The position numbers and the translations under genes were made by a program. Positions 39,919-49,500 of a stretch of 64,000 bases of DNA are shown here, one piece after another; the first letter of the stretch is position 1; each line of letters begins with the position of its first letter. Origin of the DNA: a virus; IMG/VR virus record IMGVR_UViG_3300031834_000001, positions 28,859 through 92,858 of that record. One strand, 5' to 3'. The notes beneath the pieces were generated by a model. The model was not told where the DNA came from. It ran no database searches and saw nothing but the letters and a program-made list of their open reading frames with translations.

Positions 39919-39985
39919 CCGCATAAGGGACTCACTCGGGGGAGGGGTCCGGTTGGGCCTCTCCCCTTCACCCTTGGAGGTCAAT

Positions 39986-40701
39986 ATGCCCAAGCAGAAA
40001 ACACCCGGCCTAGCTAGGCCGGTTCCGATCACGCTCGACAAGGAGCGCGTCATCGACTTCAACCTCGACGCCTGCCGCCGGTTGGGGGAAATCCTCGGCA
40101 TCAATACCCTAGACGGTTCCCTATACGCCAAGCAGTGGGACGCCACCACGTTTCAGACGGTCCTCTGGGCTGGCCTGGTGACCGATGACCCCACGTTAAC
40201 TCTCGTAGACGTCGGCCGCATTGTGCCAAGGCACCGCATGAATGACACCTTCGAGGCCGTCCTCCGCGCCTGGGGCATCGACCCCGCCGCCGTCCTGAAG
40301 GCCGCCGAGGAGATCGAGAAGGACGCCGGGATGCCGGAGGCCGCCGCGCAATCGGACCCTCCCTCCCCGACTGGGATGCCCTCTGGGCTATCGGCCGCCA
40401 CGACCTCGGGCTAGGCGAGAAGGAATTCTGGGCCCTCCATCCCCGCAAATTCGCCGCCCTCCTTGAGCGTCACCGATTGACCGAACGGCGCAAGGACTGG
40501 CGGGCCGGGATGATCGCCTCCGTCATCGCCAACGTCAACCGAAACGCCGAGGCATATCCCGACCCCTTCACCCCCGAGGATTTCATGCCGAGCCTAGTAG
40601 CCGCCGAATCTTCGGACAGCGACCCCCTGACGCCCGAGAACACCGTCCGCCTGTGCCGGGCCCTCAACGCTGCCTTCGGCGGGGAAGTCATCGACGCCTA
40701 A
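39986..40701 (+). CDS. Tail assembly chaperone G (39986-40414) with -1-frame GT extension to 40701
   Basis: The -1 frame reads DWDALWAIGRHDLGLGEKEFWALHPRKF...FTPEDFMP, a typical gpT sequence, from ~40360. Confidence 0.75.
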
Positions 40702-40725
40702 TCCTACTCAGGAGACCTAGCCGCC

Positions 40726-42951
40726 ATGGCAAAGACCCGTGTCGCCGAGCTCGCCATAGCCGTAACCACCAACGCCGATCAGGCTAGCGCCTCCATGAAT
40801 GCCATGTTCAAATCGGCCGCCAACGAGGGCCGGAAGTTTGAGCGCACCATGGCGGCCGTCGTCCTGGTTGGGAAGCGGATGGAGTCGGTCGGCAAGGTAA
40901 TGTCGGTGGCCATAACCCTCCCGCTAGTCCTGGCCGCCACCTCCGCCACAAAGTTGGCCATGGCCGCCGTGGAGTCCGAGAACCTCTTCACCGTCTCGAT
41001 GGGCAGCATGGCCTCCTCGGCTCGGGCGTGGTCGCTCGACCTCTCGAAGTCTCTCGGCCTGAACTCCTACGAGGTCAGGAAGTTCGTCGGCACCTTCAAC
41101 GTCATGCTGGGCTCGATGGGGTTGGGGGAACAGACCGCCCTCGCCTGGTCCGAGCGCATGACCCAAATGGCCTACGACGCCAGTTCCTTCTACAACGTAC
41201 CCCTGCCGGAAATGTTCGCCAAACTACAGTCGGGCATCTCCGGCGAGGTCGAACCCCTGAAGCGGCTCGGCATCCTGATCGACGTGGCGACGGTGAAGGA
41301 GTACGCCTACCGCCAGGGGATAGCCGAGCGCGGCTCGGAAATGACGAATAGCCAGAAGGTCACCGCCCGACTGGGGCTCATCATGGAGCAAATGGGCAAG
41401 GCCCAGGGGGACCTCGCCAGGACCATGGATAGCCCGGCCAACAAGCTCCGGGCTCTGACGGCACGGTTCCAGGAAGCCGGAATTGAACTCGGGACTCACC
41501 TGCTACCCCTGGTCATCAAGGGTGCCGACTCCCTGATCGGGTTGGCCGACGCCTTCCTCCGGTTGCCGCCGGGGGCGCAGAAGGCCATGTTCTCCATCGC
41601 CGCGACAGCCGCCGTGATCGGCCCCCTGCTCTTCATCGGCGGCAAACTGGCCCAGTCGGTCGTCGCCCTCAACACGGTCAAGGTTATCTTCGCCAGCCTG
41701 CTCCGCGGCCGGGTCATTCCGTCCGTGGTGGCCGAGACGGTGACCCTTGCCGCCCAGGTACCCGCTACCAACGCCGTCACCGCCGCGACGGAGAGACTCG
41801 CCCTGGCCAAGGTCGGGGCCGGAGTCGCCTCCAAGGCCGCCGCGCCCGCCGCAGGTTTGTTCGCGAAGGCGCTAGGTGGAATCGGACTCGGGGCCGTCGC
41901 CGCCCTGGCCGGGGTCGGCTACCTCTTCTATGCCGCCTCCAAGCTCCCGCCTCTCTACGGCCGCATGACCACCGAGACGATGAAGTATGCCGACAGCCTC
42001 AAGCCCACGACGAAGCGCATGAGGGAACTCGCCGACGGAGCCGAGCAAGCGGCCGAGAACCTCCGTGGCGTGGCCGACGTTGAGGCCCGGCTCATGGCGC
42101 AGGAGGCCGCCTGGCACGACGCGCAGACCACGGCAACCTGGAAGAGAGGTCTCCACGCCGGGATATCCGGGCAGGCCACGCAGTGGGAGGCCGACCGCCA
42201 GGCCGCGCTAGCCCTGGGCGGAGGCGACGGCGGTCTCTCCAAGCTCTCCTCGGCCCTCTCGGTCATCTCCGACGAACTAGCCATCGGCGCCGCCGAGTGG
42301 AAACTGTGGACGGCCGAGTTTCGCGGGGAGGAGTCGTCCCTCCAGTTTCAGGTTGCCTGGGCCGACCAACTCGCCACGAAGATGTCGGACCTCCGGAACG
42401 CCATAGCCTCCGTGTCCGCCATGAAGGGCAAGGACTCCGACGAGACCAGGGAATTGACCAAGTACCTGCTGGACCTGCGGACCCAACTCGCCGAGACCAC
42501 GAAGGAGTACCTGGCGGCGAAGGCGGCCATGGCTGGCCCGTCGGCGACGCAGAAGGAATGGTTCAACGTGTCCGCCGACATGGCCGGGCCCGCCGGGATG
42601 AACTTCGACGCCGCCATTCAGCAGTACATCGACATGTGGGCGAAGTCCGGCGTCACCAAGTCCGCCGAGGAAGCCAGGGCGGCCATCTTCGGCACATTCG
42701 GCCCCATCCCCGGCCTGGCTGGCGGCGGCACGGTTACCTCCTCCGGCCTGGTCCGCATAAACGAACGGGAGCCCGAGATCGTCTCCCTCCCCCGTGGGGC
42801 CACGGTTACCCCTCTCTCCCAGTCTTCCCGCTCCTACGGCCCCGTCAACGTCGTCGTCAACATTAACGGCCGCCCCGACGCCACCATTAACGAACGCGAC
42901 ATCGAACGCGCCTTTACCCGGTCCCTGGAGAGGTTGGCCGCCCTTGCCTAA
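40726..42951 (+). CDS. Tape measure protein
   Basis: Ala-rich helical; ITLPLV; LQSGISGEVEPLKRLGI; C-terminal LAGGG...EREPEIVSLPRGATV. Confidence 0.9.
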   Translation: MAKTRVAELAIAVTTNADQASASMNAMFKSAANEGRKFERTMAAVVLVGKRMESVGKVMSVAITLPLVLAATSATKLAMAAVESENLFTVSMGSMASSARAWSLDLSKSLGLNSYEVRKFVGTFNVMLGSMGLGEQTALAWSERMTQMAYDASSFYNVPLPEMFAKLQSGISGEVEPLKRLGILIDVATVKEYAYRQGIAERGSEMTNSQKVTARLGLIMEQMGKAQGDLARTMDSPANKLRALTARFQEAGIELGTHLLPLVIKGADSLIGLADAFLRLPPGAQKAMFSIAATAAVIGPLLFIGGKLAQSVVALNTVKVIFASLLRGRVIPSVVAETVTLAAQVPATNAVTAATERLALAKVGAGVASKAAAPAAGLFAKALGGIGLGAVAALAGVGYLFYAASKLPPLYGRMTTETMKYADSLKPTTKRMRELADGAEQAAENLRGVADVEARLMAQEAAWHDAQTTATWKRGLHAGISGQATQWEADRQAALALGGGDGGLSKLSSALSVISDELAIGAAEWKLWTAEFRGEESSLQFQVAWADQLATKMSDLRNAIASVSAMKGKDSDETRELTKYLLDLRTQLAETTKEYLAAKAAMAGPSATQKEWFNVSADMAGPAGMNFDAAIQQYIDMWAKSGVTKSAEEARAAIFGTFGPIPGLAGGGTVTSSGLVRINEREPEIVSLPRGATVTPLSQSSRSYGPVNVVVNINGRPDATINERDIERAFTRSLERLAALA

Positions 42952-45073
42952 CCTGACGCCCAACCGCACCGAGCGCACCCACCTGCGCCACGCGAACTCC
43001 AAACACTTCCTCCTCGACAACGGCCAGTCCCAGGTGGAAATCTATCTCCAGCCCATCCATTACCTCGACGACGCCGGAGTCTGGCAGGACATCGAGTCCA
43101 CCTTGAAAGCCTCGGGCGACCACGTCCGTTGCGTCAACCGTCGCGCCCCTGTTCGCCTGTCCCGCTACGCCGACGGCTCGGTCACCATTGACGACCGGCA
43201 TGGCCGCTCTATCTCGTACCGCCCGGTGGGCCCGGCCCACGTCAAGGGGTCCCACGCCAAGCACGTCCTGACCCATGTGGACGCCTGGCCCGACACGGAC
43301 CTCCAGTGGATTACGTCCACCTCCGGCCTTGTCAAACTCCTAACCCTCAAGTCCGCCGAGTCCCCCGACTCCTACCTGTTCACCGTGGCGACCGAGGGCC
43401 TGACGCTGACCCAGGACGCCGACGGGATCATTCGCGCGCGGTCCGGCGAGGAAGTCGTCTTCATCCTCACGCGCCCCTGGTGCCATGACGCCGCCGGGGT
43501 GGATGGGCCGGTTAGCTACTCCCTGGAGGACGGGGCTATCCGGGTAAGCGTGGACCCGGCCTGGCTGGGCGAGGAAAGCAGGGCCTGGCCGGTGGAAGTG
43601 GACCCGACGGAGATTCAACCCGACGCGGCGGCGGGCAAGGACGCTTACGTCTCCAGCGCCGCGGCGGACACCAACTATGGAACCGCGACGACCATGAACG
43701 CTGGTAATACCGGCGGCACCCAAAAACGCCGCAGCCTAGTCGAGTTCGTCGTAACGACTTACGCCGGGAAAACCCTTTTGAGCGCCAACCTCGGCCTCTA
43801 CTGTAGCGCGGAGTCTAGCGTCACGGACTACGTTGTCGGGGCGCACGAGATCACGGCGGCGTGGGACGAGTTGACGGTCACCTGGAACAATCAACCCGCC
43901 AATGACGCCGTCGCCGAGGCGACCGTCAGCATTACGGGGACGGCGGCCTGGTTTACCTGGGACCTGACCACTCTAGTCCAAGCCTGGCTTGATGGAGCGA
44001 GCACCAACAACGGCGTCAAGTTGGTGAACGCCTCGGAAGCCACGGAAAACAGCGCGAAAACCTTTTACTCGTCCGACTACAGCGTCACGGACCTCACCAA
44101 ATGTCCCAAGCTGGTCCTCATCTTCCTGCCCCTGGTCAATCCGACATCACCGTTGGGCACCGTGGGCGCTCCGGGCACCGTGACCGACGATGTCTCGCCA
44201 CAACTTGCCTGGACTTATACGGCTGGCGATGGCCCGGCCCAGAGCCAGTATCAGGTCCAACTCTACACGTCCGCCGGGGACCTCGTGGTGGACTCCGGGG
44301 CGGTAGCATCGGCTAACGCTTACTATAACTGCGCGGCCAACCTGCTCGATTACGACATCACCTACAAGTGGCGCGCGAACGTGTACGACGGCACCTACTG
44401 GTCCGGCTATTCCTCCTGGAACTACTTCACCACCGACCTCTCCGCGCCGATCACCGTGGTCGCCACCGCAGACGCGGCCGCCGCCGAGATTGACATCGCC
44501 TGGGCCGCCCATGCTGGCGAGGACCTCTACGGGTACATCGTCTACCGGAAGTTGCATGACGCGGCGGACTCGACGTACATCCGGGTTAACTATACGTCGG
44601 TTACGACCAACGCCTTCGCGGACGATACCGCCCAAACGGGGCTCGCTTACGCCTACGCCGTGTCCGCCGTGGCCAACGACGGCTTCGAGTCGGACAAATC
44701 CACCCATGGGGACGGGACGGTGACGTTCACCGGGTACTGGCTGGGGGAGGCGGCGGTCAAGGTTAGGCCGACGCCAAGGTGGGTACGCCCGAGACTCGCG
44801 AGCGCCAGGGTGGCCCTAAATAGCGCGGCGGTAAACCAGGACTACGGGTACGGGCCGAGACAGTTAGTCGTCGAGTTCCGCTACGACACCATCGCCGGGC
44901 GGGAGGCCCTGTTCGACGCCTGGCCGACGGGTGAGGCGAAGAGCTACCGGGACGAAAAGGGCTACGTCATCCGAGGGACCCTCATCGGCGACGTTTCGGA
45001 GGACATCCTCGAAATCCCCGGCGCGACGACGATGGGTTGGCTGACGTTCACGATCGCGGAGGTGACGGCGTAG
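42944..45073 (+). CDS. Multidomain distal-tail-position protein (WapA-like N-terminus, DNRLRE-like, FN3-like, Dit-like C-terminus)
   Basis: RHANSKHF...IHYLDDAGVWQDI; DAYVSS...DTNYG...WDELTVTWNNQP; GYIVYRK...YAYAVSAV...ES; TTG start after GGAGAGG. Confidence 0.7.
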   Translation: MPNLTPNRTERTHLRHANSKHFLLDNGQSQVEIYLQPIHYLDDAGVWQDIESTLKASGDHVRCVNRRAPVRLSRYADGSVTIDDRHGRSISYRPVGPAHVKGSHAKHVLTHVDAWPDTDLQWITSTSGLVKLLTLKSAESPDSYLFTVATEGLTLTQDADGIIRARSGEEVVFILTRPWCHDAAGVDGPVSYSLEDGAIRVSVDPAWLGEESRAWPVEVDPTEIQPDAAAGKDAYVSSAAADTNYGTATTMNAGNTGGTQKRRSLVEFVVTTYAGKTLLSANLGLYCSAESSVTDYVVGAHEITAAWDELTVTWNNQPANDAVAEATVSITGTAAWFTWDLTTLVQAWLDGASTNNGVKLVNASEATENSAKTFYSSDYSVTDLTKCPKLVLIFLPLVNPTSPLGTVGAPGTVTDDVSPQLAWTYTAGDGPAQSQYQVQLYTSAGDLVVDSGAVASANAYYNCAANLLDYDITYKWRANVYDGTYWSGYSSWNYFTTDLSAPITVVATADAAAAEIDIAWAAHAGEDLYGYIVYRKLHDAADSTYIRVNYTSVTTNAFADDTAQTGLAYAYAVSAVANDGFESDKSTHGDGTVTFTGYWLGEAAVKVRPTPRWVRPRLASARVALNSAAVNQDYGYGPRQLVVEFRYDTIAGREALFDAWPTGEAKSYRDEKGYVIRGTLIGDVSEDILEIPGATTMGWLTFTIAEVTA

Positions 45074-47116
45074 TTGGCCAGAACAGCGAAGCTCTATACC
45101 TATCCTGGCGTCTACATCGAGGACCTGCGCCCCCTGGACATGAGCGTCACCGTTGACCGCAACTCACCTTATCGGCGCACGGCTAACTTCACCCTGGCCA
45201 TCGAGGACCTGCCCAAGGTGAACGTTCTGGGGCAACAGGCAAAACTCCTGGACGGCGCGGCTCCGCTTTTCGGCGGCTTCATTGACACCGCGAGATCCAA
45301 TCCCACCCCGAGCGGGGGTTCCGTGTCAGTTTCCTGTAGCGACCGGACGAAGATTTTCAAACTGGCCCGCTTCCCCGCCGACACCGCCTACGAGGACCTG
45401 GACGCCAGGGAGACCCCCACCCTCATCTCCAACGCGGCGGGGTCGAGCGAACTCGCGCCGGGTGGGGAGATTCAGAGTAGCGGCTCGATTTACAAACGGG
45501 TCGTCCAGGTTTACGTTCCTGACTCGCCCTACGGGTGGGTTACCGTGAGAGAATCCGAGATTCACGAGACCGGGAGCATCCTCACGGGCAACTACACCCT
45601 TTCTGTCACCCAGCCGGTGACCATCTGGTCCAGCGGTGGGAGCGTCATAAATGGCTACTACTCCGAGATCACCGTGACCCTCTACGTTGACCTTGGCGTC
45701 TCGACCGACGTGGACATCGTAGTCGCCACAACGAACGGCACGGCCACCAGTTACACCTCGACCAACGGGACCACATGGGCCGCCTACGCCGCCACGACCA
45801 CCTGGCGGTACCTGAAGTTAGAGCTCCACCGGCACGCCACGTCCCTCACCGGCGGCGTGGTTATGACGGCGACCGGAACCTACGCCGCCAGCCGGGTTCT
45901 CACCGATGGCACGGACTTCTGGATGCCCGCGACGACGGACATCGCCGACAGGTATATCACGTTCACCCTGCTCTCCACGGTGACCGTCACGTCGGAGGCG
46001 GTCGGGACGGGTGACGGGGCCACGACCATCTTTGTGCTCGACTGGTTCCCGATCACCGACCACTCCGAGGTTATCTATGTGGATGCGGTGGCCAAAACTC
46101 GCGGGGTGGACTACTCCGAGGTGTCGGCTACGGGGACGATTACCTTCCTGGCCGGGAAAATCCCCACGCAGGGCCAACTCATCACCGCCAACTACACCTT
46201 CCCCACGTTGGGCCGCAACGTCCTGTACCTCAGGTGGGGCACATCGGACGCCGACAGGACGACACGGCTTGTCTACGACATTCAGACTTCGGCGGACAAT
46301 GTGACCTATACCACGGTTATCAGCGACGCCCACGCGACGCCTAACTACCTCGCCGAGCACCTGTTGACCCTGTCCACCAACCTCTACCTGCGGGTCAAGG
46401 TGAAGAAGTGCAACGGGGCGGTGGCGTTGAGGTACGCGAAAGTTCAGTACATCGACTCTTCCAACGACATCGGGACGATCATCCAGACCATCGCGGGCAC
46501 GGAGGGCGAGACCTCCTTCGACTTTGCGACGACCAGGCAGTACCGGAGTTCGATCACCGCCGCCCAGGGCGACGAAAAATGGGGGACGATGGAGTCCCTG
46601 GCCCAGTCGATAGGGTGCGAGTTGTTCTACTCGGCAACGGAGGTTTTGACGTTCCGGTTGGCCGAGGACTTGGACATAACCGACACGTCCATTCCGACCT
46701 ATGAGACCCTGCTCAGCATGGATGCGGAGTACTCGGACGCGGGAATCTACAACCGGATCATTGCCGTCTATGAGGACGCCGGGGCGACCTACCGCTTCGT
46801 CGCGCTCAACGACGCCGCTTCCTCGCCGACCGGGACGCCCAACATAGGCACGCGGACCTCCCCGGTGTTCAAGTCGGCCACCGCGAACAGTCAACAGAAG
46901 GTGGAAGCCTGGGCGCGGTACCTACTGACCCTCTACTCCCGGCGCACCATCAAGGCCGAGATTAGTAAGTCTGCCGTCAACTCCCTGGAGCCGGGGGACG
47001 TCGTCCACCTGCATGAAAGTAAGTCGGGCGTCAATGGGAACTTCATCATGGAGTCATACACATTGACCGACAACGGCCGAGAATATGACATTAGAGCAAG
47101 CGTCTCGGAGGTGTAG
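45074..47116 (+). CDS. Baseplate hub/Tal-like protein with inserted beta domains
   Basis: SVTVDR...RRTA...CSDRTK at the N-terminus; YNRII...LEPGDVV at the C-terminus; VGTGDGATTIF insert. Confidence 0.7.
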   Translation: MARTAKLYTYPGVYIEDLRPLDMSVTVDRNSPYRRTANFTLAIEDLPKVNVLGQQAKLLDGAAPLFGGFIDTARSNPTPSGGSVSVSCSDRTKIFKLARFPADTAYEDLDARETPTLISNAAGSSELAPGGEIQSSGSIYKRVVQVYVPDSPYGWVTVRESEIHETGSILTGNYTLSVTQPVTIWSSGGSVINGYYSEITVTLYVDLGVSTDVDIVVATTNGTATSYTSTNGTTWAAYAATTTWRYLKLELHRHATSLTGGVVMTATGTYAASRVLTDGTDFWMPATTDIADRYITFTLLSTVTVTSEAVGTGDGATTIFVLDWFPITDHSEVIYVDAVAKTRGVDYSEVSATGTITFLAGKIPTQGQLITANYTFPTLGRNVLYLRWGTSDADRTTRLVYDIQTSADNVTYTTVISDAHATPNYLAEHLLTLSTNLYLRVKVKKCNGAVALRYAKVQYIDSSNDIGTIIQTIAGTEGETSFDFATTRQYRSSITAAQGDEKWGTMESLAQSIGCELFYSATEVLTFRLAEDLDITDTSIPTYETLLSMDAEYSDAGIYNRIIAVYEDAGATYRFVALNDAASSPTGTPNIGTRTSPVFKSATANSQQKVEAWARYLLTLYSRRTIKAEISKSAVNSLEPGDVVHLHESKSGVNGNFIMESYTLTDNGREYDIRASVSEV

Positions 47117-47121
47117 CGGAA

Positions 47122-47424
47122 TTGCCAAACTCAGCTATGGCTACATTGCATCAGAAGTTGCATGAGGGTGGCGGGCGACCAGTCGGGTCGCCACATACGC
47201 CTGGGGATGTGCAGGAAGTTGTGGTCATCGACTCGGTTTGGTACGGGTCGGACGGCCGCTACGTGCGAGTGCGCCGCCAGGGCCAGACCGGCGCGACGGG
47301 AGTCCTGCGCTGGTGCGGCGCGAAAGCCACGGCCCCCGTTCCGGAGGACAAAGCAATCCTGGTCAAGCCCTTGGGCAGTATGAATTTGGGTTGGGTCCTT
47401 CCGAACACGACGGCGGCGTCCTAG
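47122..47424 (+). CDS. Small tail-tip protein
   Basis: Follows the hub gene with a GGAGG RBS. Confidence 0.5.
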   Translation: MPNSAMATLHQKLHEGGGRPVGSPHTPGDVQEVVVIDSVWYGSDGRYVRVRRQGQTGATGVLRWCGAKATAPVPEDKAILVKPLGSMNLGWVLPNTTAAS

Positions 47425-47431
47425 AGCAGAA

Positions 47432-47454
47432 GGCCCCGCCGCTTGGGCGGGGCC
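47432..47454. terminator. Hairpin between convergent genes
   Basis: GGCCCCGCC...GGCGGGGCC. Confidence 0.55.
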
Positions 47455-47480
47455 AGGTGAGGGCATCGAGAATCCAGGTG

Positions 47481-48296
47481 CTACGGCGTTCCTCCCGCCG
47501 CTATGTATGCGGCCTGGGCGGCGTCTAGAGCCTGCTGGTACGCAAGGTTTGCCACTCGCACGCTTTCTCGATAGACACCCCAAACGAGATCGCACGCTTC
47601 GCGGTCATCGGCGTAAATCGGTTCCTGGGGGTAGGGGAAGCCCAGGGCGGCGAGAGCCGCGTTCCGCGTCTGCGTGGCTTCGGCATACGCCGCATCGCGA
47701 ACCTCCATGGCCGCCGCGGTGGCTTCCTCCAACTGAATCCTCGGATCCACTTCCAAGGCTTCCATCGCGAACATCCCTCCCGCCTCCAGGTAGGCCGCTC
47801 TGGCTGCGGCGTAGGCGTCTTCCCGGATCGCGTCGGCCGCCAGGCACGCCTGCACCCAGTTGGCGTGATCCACGCCGGGGCCGCTAGAGTAGTTGGCTGC
47901 CACGAACACGGCGTAAGCCGCCTGGGCCGCCACGTCATAAGCGGCGTCCGCTGCGACGATGGCCGCCTCATAGATTTCTTCCGCCGTGGCTTCCTCGCCC
48001 AGGATGGTGACTGTTCCCGTCCCAGCCGTCCCGGAGGGCTGAGTCTCCACGGCCGCCGTCTTCGTCTTGGGATCCCAGTTTACCCGGCCGCCCAAGCTCT
48101 CCTCAACAGACCGGAGCGGCACGAACACCCTGTCGCCGATGAGAACCGCCGGGGCATCGCTGGCCAGCCTCTGGCCATTGATGGTGACCGAGACCACCTG
48201 GAACCCCTTGTAGGTCGAGGACCCCGCCAGGCCGAGGCTTCCCAGGCCGACGGCGCACAACATGACGACCAGGGCTAGAGTTATCGCCCTCTTCAT
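47481..48296 (-). CDS. Secreted moron with a copper-amine-oxidase N-terminal (stalk) domain and two Ala-rich repeats
   Basis: Signal peptide MKRAITLALVVMLC; DAPAVLIGDRVFVPLRSVEESLGGRVNWD; own AAAGGAGG RBS and TGnTATAAT (48330-48338). Confidence 0.8.
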   Translation of the reverse strand: MKRAITLALVVMLCAVGLGSLGLAGSSTYKGFQVVSVTINGQRLASDAPAVLIGDRVFVPLRSVEESLGGRVNWDPKTKTAAVETQPSGTAGTGTVTILGEEATAEEIYEAAIVAADAAYDVAAQAAYAVFVAANYSSGPGVDHANWVQACLAADAIREDAYAAARAAYLEAGGMFAMEALEVDPRIQLEEATAAAMEVRDAAYAEATQTRNAALAALGFPYPQEPIYADDREACDLVWGVYRESVRVANLAYQQALDAAQAAYIAAGGTP

Positions 48297-48414
48297 AGCT
48301 CTGCCTCCTTTACCATTCTCTGTGGCTCCATTATACCACGGACCCAGGGTTAGCCCATGCCCTATCTGCTCCAACGTATTCGCCATTCGCCCACTCACCC
48401 CAGGAGGTCCTCCC

Positions 48415-48852
48415 ATGCTCTGGACACTGCTCCCCCTGCTCGCGCAAGCCGCCGAAACAATCCCGCCGGACGGTTGGACCGATGCCAACAAGGTCATCGG
48501 CAGCATCCTGGCCCTTGGCATCGTCCAGATAGCCCTGGCCGCCGTGAAGTGGAAGGGCGGCAACGGTCATTGCAAGGCCGACTCGCTCCAACCCCTCCTC
48601 CAGGCCATCGCCGCCAGGGATGCTGCCGTCCCCTGCGACGCCGAGAACCTCCGGCCGCTCCTGCAAGCCATCGCATCGAAGGAGACCACGGCCACCATGC
48701 TGGCCCCGCTCATGGAAGCCCTCCGGCAATCCATCGACCGCCTGACCGACGGGGTGAACGAGTTTAGGCGTGACAGTGGGCAGGCCCATGAGAGACAGGA
48801 GGGCGCGTTGGAGCAGATTCGCAGGCAGACAGACAGGAGGCGGGCGGGGTGA
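48415..48852 (+). CDS. Membrane/coiled-coil lysis-region protein (holin-like)
   Basis: AGGAGG RBS; TM segment VIGSILALGIVQIALAAV; internal repeat PLLQAIA. Confidence 0.55.
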   Translation: MLWTLLPLLAQAAETIPPDGWTDANKVIGSILALGIVQIALAAVKWKGGNGHCKADSLQPLLQAIAARDAAVPCDAENLRPLLQAIASKETTATMLAPLMEALRQSIDRLTDGVNEFRRDSGQAHERQEGALEQIRRQTDRRRAG

Positions 48853-49427
48853 AGCCCCAGCTAATCCGGCCGGTCTTGGACACCTTCCCCGTCTCGGCCA
48901 CTTTCGGGCAACTCGGCCGCCACTGGGAGCCGAAAGACCCCGTGACCGGGCTCGGCAAACACCATGGAGTGGATTTCGCCTGCCCGGTAGGGACCACCGT
49001 CCGGGCCATGTCCGGCGGGCTCGTCAAGGAGGTCACGTCCACCACGTTGGGCGGACTCTACGTGGCCGTCCTGCATGGCGACGGACGCCGGGCCTCCTAC
49101 CACCACCTGAAGGCGTCCCTGGTCAAGGTGGGGGATAAGGTCACCCAGTGCCAGCCCGTGGCCACGTCCGGCAACTCAGGAACGAACACCACGGGGGAGC
49201 ATCTCCACCTGACTCTCCGGGATGCCAAGGGGGCAGCCATCGACCCCATGCCGGAGTTCGCGCCGACCCCGTTCGCCGACATCGGGCCGGAACACTGGGG
49301 CTTCACCGTGGCCAAGTGGGCGCGTGACCGGCTTGAGATGAGCGGGGTAGACGGAGAACTCCGGCCGGAGGAGCCGCTCTCGACCATCCGGCTCCTGGCG
49401 CTACTCAGGCGGGCCCTGCGCGAGTGA
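48849..49427 (+). CDS. M23 peptidase endolysin with a C-terminal SLH-like domain
   Basis: HHGVDF, YHHL, SGNSG.NTTGEHLH; FADIGPEHWG...LRPEEPLS. Confidence 0.9.
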   Translation: MKPQLIRPVLDTFPVSATFGQLGRHWEPKDPVTGLGKHHGVDFACPVGTTVRAMSGGLVKEVTSTTLGGLYVAVLHGDGRRASYHHLKASLVKVGDKVTQCQPVATSGNSGTNTTGEHLHLTLRDAKGAAIDPMPEFAPTPFADIGPEHWGFTVAKWARDRLEMSGVDGELRPEEPLSTIRLLALLRRALRE

Positions 49428-49439
49428 AGGCGGGGCGTT

Positions 49440-49468
49440 TTGCGCCGAACGTATGTTCTTGATATAAT
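49440..49468 (+). promoter_or_regulatory. SigA-type promoter with a LexA (Cheo) box in the spacer
   Basis: TTGCGC-N17-TATAAT with extended TG; CGAACGTATGTTCT at 49446-49459. Confidence 0.8.
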
Positions 49469-49500
49469 TGAGATAGCAGGCCCGGAGGGGTTCGCCAACT

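Noticed and set aside
48303-48313. 11-nt match (GCCTCCTTTAC) between the second TnpB's putative guide (52887-52897) and the moron's RBS, suggesting self-targeting
   Set aside because: Short, mostly the complement of a Shine-Dalgarno sequence, and no shared flanking TAM is evident
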